This document shows, in pieces, positions 53,747-64,000 of a DNA stretch of 64,000 nucleotides. The DNA is from Octopus sinensis (Eukaryota): the NCBI RefSeq assembly GCF_006345805.1, contig NC_043015.1, positions 1,488,001-1,552,000 of the forward strand, read 5' to 3'. The position numbers and the translations under genes are program-made. The notes under the pieces are model-generated. The model saw only the letters and a program-made list of their open reading frames with translations. It was not told the DNA's origin and did not search any database. Each line of letters starts with the position of its first letter. Position 1 is the first letter of the stretch.

Positions 53747-54710
53747 ATATATATATTATATATATATATATATATGTGTGTTGTGTGTGTGTGTATGTAT
53801 GCATATACCAGTCTCTAAATATGCATACATATTCGCATATATAATGTGTATATGTATACATATACACACATATATATAATATATGAATATATGGTATATA
53901 ATCTATCTATATATAGGAATGCATATATAATATATATATGTATATATGGGTGTGTATATATATATGTATGTGTATATACAAAAATATATATATATATACA
54001 CATATATATATATATGTGTATATATATACATGTGCATGCTTGTATATGTGAACACGTCCATTTTATACATAATACATATTTTCTCATTGTGTACATTAAT
54101 AGAGAAATGAATTATTTGTATAGATTTGCATTGTTGAATTTATCAAACATAACTTTTGAGTAAGCCATTTATGAATTGCCCAGTCTCCACATCGAAACAC
54201 TAGAATAGAATTCTTAAAATCATACAAAACAGCCACTGCATTAAGTATTACTTCAACTTCCGGTTCTCATTTATGTTGCCGCTGAGTTCCATGCAATCAC
54301 ACGTGCACACACACACACACAAACACACGCATACACAGAGGTGCACACATAACAAACGTGCACGCTCGCGCGTAGGCACAGAGCTGTATATATGTATATA
54401 TATATATATATCTATGTATAAGTGAGCATGTATGTCTCTTTATATTAGTATTTGTGATTGTTCTCTGATGTATGCATGCAACTGCACGTAGGTGTATACA
54501 TACACATATAAGATTCTATATGTGTTTGTATATATATGTATATATGCACACAGACACACACACATATATGTATATATACATATATACATTTATATATATA
54601 TTTATATATATATATATATGTGTGTGGTGTGTGTATACATACATTGGTGTTTGTATATTTATACTATATATATATATATTTGATATATATACATATATAT
54701 AATTATATAT

Positions 54711-54753
<43 letters not shown>

Positions 54754-54782
54754 ATATATATATATACATATATATATGGATA

Positions 54783-56471
54783 TAGATTGATATCAGTAGA
54801 TTTATATATATATTATATATATTTGATATATATATAGCCGGACATTTATTTATAATTATCTATTCACAACATGAACAAAACGTACTGAAATATATCTATA
54901 TATATAATATGTATGTGATTGTTTGTTGTGTGTGTGTGTGTGTGTGGTGTGTGTGTGTGTGTGTGTGTGTGTGGGGTGTGCATGAGTTGTGCAATAATGC
55001 AAAAATTCTTATTATTTTCGACGTGATAGCGTTTCGTTCGGAGCCCTTGTAATATATAATCTATGTTTTCCAACTTTGTGTTTTAAAATGTCTTAAATAG
55101 TTTAGCTTTGGTGTTCATTGTTTAAGCCTTTTTAAAGTTTTACTGTATTTCCTATATTTCTTGCTCAGCCTTGCAAAATATTGTACTTCCCAAATACATA
55201 ACAGTACATATATGTAGCCGTACACACATACGAGTATTCTACTTAAAACCTCTAACTCATTTACCTCACACAGAAGATAAGCACACATATACACACTCTA
55301 ATGTGCGTGTTATGTTTGCATGCCCTTGTATTTTTATGGATTGACGGGTGGTGTAAACTGGGTGGATGGTCTTGGACAATACGCGTACACGTTATGTAAG
55401 GCCACTTGCAATTTAGATTATGGAATTACGCCCTCAAATATATGTATTTGTAGGTTTATGTATATAAATATATACGTACATGTGTATGTGTATGTGTACA
55501 AATGTATGCGTGTGTGTATGTGTATAAGTATGTAAATAATGGAATTTATATATGTATGCAAAGATTTTTTGAAAATAATGTATATTTTTGTCTAATTATA
55601 TATATTTCATTCTTTATAAATTCTCGCCCAATCCCTTTTTCTCAACCTCTATAAATCTTGGTGTTCCCATATACATACATATATATTCATGCGTACATTT
55701 ATACATATGTATATATAACTATCTGCATATATACATGCATATGCACACACTCACACACACACTTATATAATATATATATATATATATATATCCACATGTA
55801 TAGTTACATACATATATTCATTTATTAATGATTTGTTATAAGGCCACATGTTGAGTGGTTAAACTTCTCATTTTTCCTAATATAAGATACCATTACAAAG
55901 TTCGATCCATATTTGGCTCAGTATCCTTTACTTTGAGTTCTCTGGTGGACGTATAAACCCATCAGATGAATATGGTTGTCCAGATTTTGACAGGAATATT
56001 TTAGATTGTAAATCTGTAACATTTCAACCCCATTTTTCTCTACGTTTGATAATTAAATAAATTGAATCGTTAATCGTCCATTTAATCAAACAATTCTTTA
56101 GGTTTGTCAAAGTCTGTCGCATTTCTTTGCGATCTCATAAATGTCACGACGTCTTCTTCGGTGGACAAGAAGGAAACGAAAAGCCCAAATCAACGAAGAG
56201 GAAGGAAAAGACTGGTTATAATTCATGTGTCACTTCTGCAAAAGAGTTTTGGGAAATAACACGCAAGAAAGCGATGTTGTTTTCTGTTTCCTATGTTATA
56301 TATAACTAAGGAAGAATATAATGATTAAAAATGGACATCAGACAACAATACATATTGTTTATTTAACTTCTTTGAATATCACAATCTAATCCTCGCAGCA
56401 TATTTTATATATATATTATATATACTATATACATATATATATATATATATAATATATATATATATATGTAT

Positions 56472-56504
<33 letters not shown>

Positions 56505-56653
56505 GATTGATATCAGTAGATTTATATATATTGTATATATATTTGATATATATATAGCCGGACATTTATTTATAATTATCTATTCACAACATGAACAAAA
56601 CGTACTGAAATATATCTATATATATACTATGTATGTGATTGTTTGTTTGTGTG

Positions 56654-56720
<67 letters not shown>

Positions 56721-57500
56721 ATGAGTTGTGCAATAATGCAAAAATTCTTAATTATTTTCGACGTGATAGCGTTTCCGTTCGGAGCCCTTGTAATATATAA
56801 TTCTATGTTTTTCCAACTTTGTGTTTTAAAATGTCTTAAATAGTTTAGCTTTGGTGTTCATTGTTTAAGCCTTTTTAAAGTTTTACTGTATTTTCCTATA
56901 TTTCTTGCTCAGCCTTGCAAAATATTGTACTTCCCAAATACATAACAGTACATATATGTAGCCGTACACACATACGAGTATTCTTACTTAAAACCTCTAA
57001 CTCATTAACTCACACAGATAAGCACACATATACACACTCATTAATGTGCGTGTGTATATGTTGCATGCCCTTGTATTTTTATGGATTGACGGTGTGTTTA
57101 AACTGGGTGGATGGTCTTGGACAATACGCGTACACGTTATGTAAGGCCACTTCAATTTAGATTATGGAATTACGCCCTCAAATATATGTATTTGTAGGTT
57201 TATGTATATAAATATATACGTACATGTGTATGTGTATGTGTACAAATGTATGCGTGTGTGTATGTGTATAAGTATGTAAATAATGGAATTTATATATGTA
57301 TGCAAAGATTTTTTGAAAATAATGTATATTTTTGTCTAATTATATATTTCATTCTTTATAATTCTCGCCCAATCCCTTTTTCTCACCTCTATAAATCTTG
57401 GTGTTCCCATATACATACATATATATCATGCGTACATTTATACATATGTATATATAACTATCTGCATATATACATGCATATGCACACACTCACACACACA

Positions 57501-57533
<33 letters not shown>

Positions 57534-58170
57534 ACATGTATAGTTACATACATATATTCATTTATTAATGATTTGTTATAAGGCCACATGGTTGAGTGGT
57601 TAAACTTCTCATTTTTCCTAATATAAGATACCATTACAAAGTTCGATCCATATTTGGCTCAGTATCCTTTACTTTGAGTTCTCTGGTGGACGTATAAACC
57701 CATCAGATGAATATTGGTTGTCCAGATTTTGACCAGGAATATTTTAGATTGTAAATCTGTAACATTTCTAACCCCATTTTCTCATACGTTTGATAATTAA
57801 ATAAATGAATCGTTAATCGTCCATTTAATCAAACAATTCTTTAGGTTTGTCAAAGTCCTGTCGCATTTCTTTGCGATCTCATAAATGTCACGACGTCTTC
57901 TTCGGTGGACAAGAAGGAAACGAAAGCCCAAATCAACGAAGGAAGGAAAAGACTGGTTAATAATTCATGTGTCACTTCTGCAAAAGAGTTTTGGGAAATA
58001 ACACGCAAGAAAGCGATGTGTTTCTGTTTCCTATGTTATATATAACTAAGGAAGAATATAATGATAAAAATGGACATCAGACAACAATACATATTGTTTA
58101 TTTAAACTTCTTTGAATATCACAATCTAATCCTCGCAGCATATTTTATATACTATATTATATATACTATT

Positions 58171-58180
<10 letters not shown>
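54783..58180 (+). repeat. ~1.72-1.74 kb near-identical tandem duplication (possible assembly artefact)
   Basis: TAGATTGATATCAGTAG at 54783 and 56503; CCTCGCAGCA at 56391 and 58131; the copies differ almost only by 1-2 nt indels. Confidence 0.95.
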
Positions 58181-58213
<33 letters not shown>

Positions 58214-58246
58214 GAGAGAGTGTGTGAGAGAGAGTGAGAGAGAGAG

Positions 58247-58433
58247 ATCGTTAGCCACTACACATTCTTTATTTTCTCTCCTTGTTTCGTATTGTGTTCC
58301 ATTCTGTGGAAGAGCGTAGGCTCGAAACGTTAAAGACTTTTTCACTTCCCGAGCGTTATACTAATACATCACTTTATTTTCCACACCGACTGTCTTCGTC
58401 TTTTGTTTTGTTTTTTTTTGTGAATTCTCACTA
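58247..58433 (+). mobile_element. Penelope-like short repeat with hammerhead-like motif (CUGUGGA core)
   Basis: Starts ATCGTTAGCCAC after (GA)n and ends in (TA)n; CTGTGGA-A-GAGC-GTAG-GCTC-GAAA-CG-TT-AAAGA at 58304-58336. Confidence 0.65.
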
Positions 58434-58896
58434 TATATATGTGTGTGTGTGTAATGTATATATACATATATATTGGAGGATACATCTCTCTATCTATTTG
58501 TCAATAAATATATATTTGTATATATGTATGTCTGTGTATCTATCTACGTCTCTCTCTATGCATACTTAAATATATATATATATATATATGCATACATATG
58601 CCATTTAATTACAGAAAGCCAAATCTAAATTCGAACCCGTTGGCATGTAGAACATACAAAGTACATTCTTGTGCTTACCCATATAATTATAAATATAAAT
58701 ATATGTGCGTGTACGTTGTAAGGGTACATATGCGTTCATTCGTAAATCTGTATGCATATATATATATATATATATATATACATACATACGCTTGCGAGTT
58801 TGTGCGTGAGAGTAATTATAGACACACATACACATGCGTGTATACAATAGTGAAATCATAATAATACACAGAAACGAAAAATCGACAGAAACGCGA

Positions 58897-58996
<100 letters not shown>

Positions 58997-59310
58997 ATGT
59001 ATGTATATGTCCACAAATATACATACATCAACGGTTAAACAAACAGAGGACTGTACAAACATTTGAGCAACACCGTTAATTACAAAAGCACTCTTTAATC
59101 TAAACATTTATTCACAGCCCCCAAACCTCCTCCAATGAACCTCTTCATGGTTTGTCCCGTCTTCTGTTTGTATTAAGATATTCTAAATCGATTAACGAAA
59201 CGTTTTCACGGGAATACAAATGTAAACCGAATCCGCATCCACAGAGACGCACATAAACATATACATACATACATAATTATTACATAAATACATACAGATA
59301 TACCTATATA

Positions 59311-59437
<127 letters not shown>

Positions 59438-59629
59438 CAAATGCGTTTATATAGATATGAACGTTATTTAGTATAAGCATAGATAAATGTATTTGTGTAC
59501 CTATGTACTATAGTCTTATATGTTTGTATGTTTATATATATATTTATATGTATGTGTGTGTACGTATGTATGTATGTATGTATGTGTGTGTGTGTATGTA
59601 TGTATGTATGTATGTATGTATGTATGTAT

Positions 59630-59990
59630 GTGGTAGTTGTCTACTCCTTATGCAGAGTCTGAGTACCTCTTGTACCTACATCTTAGATCCATTATGGTGT
59701 CTGATGTGGCTTTTTAAACTAGACAATGTATTAAAAAGACATCTACATAAATTCCATATCCACTTAGGACCACCAAGACCTTCAGTTAACTTCGGTTAAC
59801 TTCGTGAATCTTAAATTGTCTTCTGAAGCCTCCTTTCCAATCACAGACGTTTTAGCTCATACGGCATTGCAAGGTGTGCACAGATAAGTTAGGCAGTTCT
59901 AGATAATGCAGTTTCCTTTTTCATGGGTCATCGAATGAGATCTGAGCGCAGCAAAAGTAAAACATAGTCCGTCACAAACTGTGCTTAAAA
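59630..59990 (-). mobile_element. RTE-type LINE 3' fragment (C-terminal zinc-finger remnant)
   Basis: Minus strand reads SSLKSHIRHHNGSKM*, fitting the L.SH.R.H end of RTE ORFs; more remnants may extend to ~60650. Confidence 0.5.
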
Positions 59991-61748
59991 AAATGTCACT
60001 GGGATTCACCTTCTTTGATGAATTCTTCTTTTCTTCTTTTCCTCTTTTCTTCTTTTTCCTTTTATTCTTTCCTTCTTTCTATCCGCCATTTCATACGTCG
60101 TTCATTCCATTCTTCGTTCTTTCGTTCCCTCTTTCTTACATTTCATTGCCTTCTCTTCATGCTCACTTTCCCTCCTTTTTTCACTTCACTGTGTCCCTGT
60201 CATTTTTTCTCTTCCCTCCTTATTTCTTCTGTCCTTCTTGCCTCTACCTCTCTCTCTGCTCTCCCCACGTGACTGGTGTTCGGCAAAGTCTGACCTTTCT
60301 TTCTTTGTGCGGTCGCTGTCCGTACAACCCTTATATAGTCTTCCCTGTGCTTGTGAAATCTTGTATCCCTGCTGTAAGGCTTTACTTTCACACACGCCAG
60401 CTTAATTTAATTCGTCCTTAGTCGAAAGACACATGTTGTTATGCCATGTTATTTGTATTTGTGCAACATTCTCCGTGTTTTTCCGTTCTTCTTTTCGTAT
60501 ACATTCGCAGCTTTCTTCCAAGGAATCTAATGCTCTTGGATTATTTTTCCTTGGAGCTGGCCAGATTGGAACAATCTGGAGTGTAACCAGCCGAAATTGC
60601 AAAGATAATCTGGAACTCGATTGAGGAAAGAAAACTCCGATTGACCCGTCCTTGTTTTTTTTGTATCGTATATCTGGATCTTTTGTTGTCCCTTTCTTGT
60701 ATCACCTACTGCCTGGATGTTTTGTGTTCTTGTCCCATTTTGTATTATATAATATATATATATATTATGTATATATATATAACATATAGAGATATATACA
60801 TATATACATATATACACATATACGTATATATATATAGCTGTGTATTAGTAGCTGAAATACAAACGATAGTTTAATATAGTATCATTTTGCCGCTCATACA
60901 TACGACTGAAGAAGGTCAGCGTTATGTCATGTAAAATATATATATAAAAGCAAATATATATTGAAAGTTTAGTGAAACAAGATTATAAACCAAGATTTTA
61001 AAAACTAACAGAAAATATGTTACAAAACATGCCACGCTTTCATGGATTAGTTTCTCATCCGCAGAGCGAATGCTATGCTCACGTTTTCACACAAAAAAAA
61101 AAACTTCGTGATATGATCAAGACCTCGATAATAAGTATAAAGCATACAAATCAAATGGCAATGCCTTTTATTACTGTAGTTTTATTGTTAACGAATAACT
61201 CACGTCTGTTGGTTAAAGTATAACTAACAAAACCATCATGTTGTGTTAGAAGCATTTTTTCTACATTGTATCTGAAAATACATCAATACATATCGAAGGA
61301 TATATCTGCAAAAATTCACGAATTTTCATTGCTTTTCAGAATTGCAAAAAGCTGCAAAATTAAGCTTTGCTTTCAAGAGAAAATGCTTGCCAGTAATATG
61401 TTACTTATTGCAAAGAACGATTATATATTATTTTTTATATTATCTTTTAAGCGCCTGATTTGTTTTGATAGTAACGTGACAATGCATTGTTTGGGATTTT
61501 TGAACATATAATCGCATATCGCAATATTCTGTATTTTAAAGGGCATTACATTCTTTTTCTTTTACTGTTGCTTGCAAGGTGATCGTTTGCTTCACAAAAG
61601 ATGGTACCTAAAGCATTTTTCTAATATTCGATCAAAAATCATTCTATCTCGAACAAAATGTCACAATCTATGTGTTAGTGTGCGTATGTATATGTGTATG
61701 TATGTGTGTTTGAGTGTGTATATATAAGCGTATATATATGTATATATG

Positions 61749-61793
<45 letters not shown>

Positions 61794-61830
61794 TGTGTAT
61801 ATGCTATATATATATATATATATATATATA

Positions 61831-62340
61831 CTGTCCCAAATGTCACTGATGAGTTTTAATTTTTAATAACTTCTTTTACTTTACAATTGAATGCATGAAA
61901 TTTTAATACAATATAAAGGACATAACGGAAATTACTGTGTATGCGTCAAATTTTGCAAAGCTACAATATCACATATAGAAAATGACATCGCTTAAATGGC
62001 ATCTATTTTCGGCTTCGCACGCCTGTGCTCTTTGCAAAACTTGCACCATAACGCACTCAAGAGTTTCAGACCTCACTTCTCTGATTTTTCTATTCATGTT
62101 CTCCTTCAGGGCTAGTCAAGTCAGGGGAACGTGAAGGCCAATTGACATTGCCAGTAGCTGGAGATTATTCTCTCTTCAAAGCACTGCCGTAACAACTGCA
62201 TTATTTCTCTTACTATATGAACAGTTGCCCCATCTTGCTGGATCTATGTGAATGGCCGGACGTAAGAAGGTCTGAATCGCTTAAAGAAATTCCAACTATG
62301 TCTGATTTTAACGTTTTATTTACAAACTTAAAATAATACA
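61831..62340 (-). mobile_element. Tc1/mariner-superfamily fragment
   Basis: Minus-strand remnants QDGA (GCAAGATGGGGCAAC) and GNVNWPSRSPDLT; TIR-like CTGTCCCAAATGTCAC after (TA)n. Confidence 0.7.
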
Positions 62341-62349
62341 ATATAATAT

Positions 62350-63426
62350 TGTTACGGGTTTAACTAGTGCAGTGTTTCTGACCCACATCGTGGATATGGT
62401 TCCAGTATGTCTGGTGAAAATGTGACAGTCTTTTGTCTAATGGAGGACTAATGGGTTTTGGAATGACCTGTGACCTCGTGCGGCTGAGAAGAGGGTCAGG
62501 AGAATGTGAGGGAGGAAGACAGATTAAGGGAATCTAAGAGCAGATGGAGAGGGTATTGACAGTAAGAGAGAAGGACAGGCAGAGAGTATGGTAGAGCTGT
62601 CATGAGAGAGATAGAGTATAAGACTAAGGGACAGTTAGAGAGGGTGTGAGCGGTACAGAGGGAGATGAGGGAGTGGAAGAAGCACAGAGACGAAGTGAGG
62701 TCTGGGCAGTCGTTGAGCGGTCGTCGAGGAACACAGACGGATCTTGCAGTCGCTGGCCGGTCCTCGAAGAAGACAGACGGACCTTGGATTTAAGGAGCAA
62801 GCGTTGGAATTCTTAGGAGCAAGTTGGATGCGAGAAAGCTTGGCGGCACAGAAGGGAATTAGCAGTATTCAGAGGAATTAGCAGTATTGAGAGGAATGGG
62901 ACACTGGCAGATTCAATTAGGAATTGAGGTATGTGTTTGTGCATTGATATGTGTCACGGTGTATTGAACAGTGAAAAGAACAGTCAAGGACTCTGTCGAT
63001 GTGGTCGATAAAGGACATTGTGAAGAAGAAGAGTAAACTTGTTGATTGTGATGTTTAGGAAGAGACTTTAAAGAACTGTTGTCTTGGGACGTGTACTCTT
63101 GAATTGTTACATGATGTTGTATTATGCTTTGAGTTGTACTCTTGAAATGCTGTTGTATTATGTATTGAGTAGTCACGTGCATGCTTTGATGTATCTTGAT
63201 GTTGTAACAATTGTAATTGTCGTATAAACTGTTGTTTGAATATAAGCCAGTGTTGCCAGTTGTTGCCTTGCCTCTTTGGGTTGTATCTCGGGTTGTGCCT
63301 CTGTATCTCTGTGCTGCGGTTGTGGTTGTTGTTGTACCTCCTCTCCTCCTCTCTGGGTTCCGTGGCGAACTAGTGGTGCCGTTCGGGGCGAGCGACGACG
63401 GACGGATTCCGCTCCGTTTCGTAACA
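62350..63426. mobile_element. Solo LTR (1077 bp), probably Ty3/Gypsy
   Basis: Termini TGTTACG ... CGTAACA (7-bp inverted, TG...CA); ATAT on both flanks (62346-49, 63427-30); TATAA followed by a GA-rich tract near 62617 suggests plus orientation; no internal coding region. Confidence 0.8.
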
Positions 63427-64000
63427 ATATAATATAATATAATATAATATAATATAATGAAATGATACAATATAAAATGTCCATTCTGATAGAACCAGTA
63501 CATTCATGCATTAAACTATGCAATGTTCAGGTTCACGTAGTTGGGTGACAGTTATGTTTTACAATTTACAACTGTAGGGAGATGGCACAACTGTGTGCCT
63601 TAACTACATTTGTATAGGTTCCAGAATGTTAATTTTTGCAAAATGAAAATTGGTCAGAATGTTAATTCTGACTAATTAGTGTATGGCCTTACTAAATTAC
63701 TTAAGTTTTTTGGTGTTTGGTTTAGGCATCACGTTATGTTGAACATGCCAAGAGAACTGCATTTTGAATGGGTCGTGGTGATCGTGGTTGTTGTCGTCAC
63801 CATCGTCGTAGGTGTAGGAGTAGGTATGGCAATAGAATATAAAACACCAAAATAAGATTATTTTTAATGAATTTTCTCTTGACTTAGCTAGTATTTTCCT
63901 GCTATCGTCATCATGAGGTCTTTTCGTATTGTTGTTGTTAGAAGTAGCAGTAGTGGTAGTAGCAGTAGAAATAGTAGCTCTAAATATTATTATTATTGTT

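Noticed and set aside
60905-60935. CTGAAGAAGG as a hammerhead start
   Set aside because: The downstream helix II partner and GAAAC are missing; at best a very decayed relic.
62913-63503. 196 aa minus-strand ORF
   Set aside because: Lies across the solo LTR and an (AATAT)n run; low complexity, no gag or pol motif.

Overview
This 64 kb window is AT-rich, microsatellite-saturated eukaryotic non-coding DNA (intronic or intergenic). The tRNA-derived SINE families suggest a coleoid cephalopod, most likely Octopus; this is inferred from recalled repeat sequences, not from a search. I found no supportable host protein-coding exon, and almost all ORFs in the track are translations of microsatellites. 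The recognisable content is mobile-element debris: three tRNA-SINE families, at least six Tc1/mariner remnants, three non-autonomous Helitrons, RTE, CR1-group and R4/Dong LINE fragments, and a ~1.08 kb solo LTR. There is also a 100-N gap and a ~1.7 kb tandem duplication that looks like a long-read assembly artefact. The most notable signal is a set of short repeats carrying minimal type I hammerhead-ribozyme folds of the Penelope/retrozyme kind. These include a 361-bp tandem-plus-inverted monomer whose core has a compensatory U3-A8 pair, and a tRNA-head/(AAY)n/hammerhead composite. Closely spaced inverted SINEs could form long dsRNA, and one SINE family carries a variable number of internal ~185-bp units.
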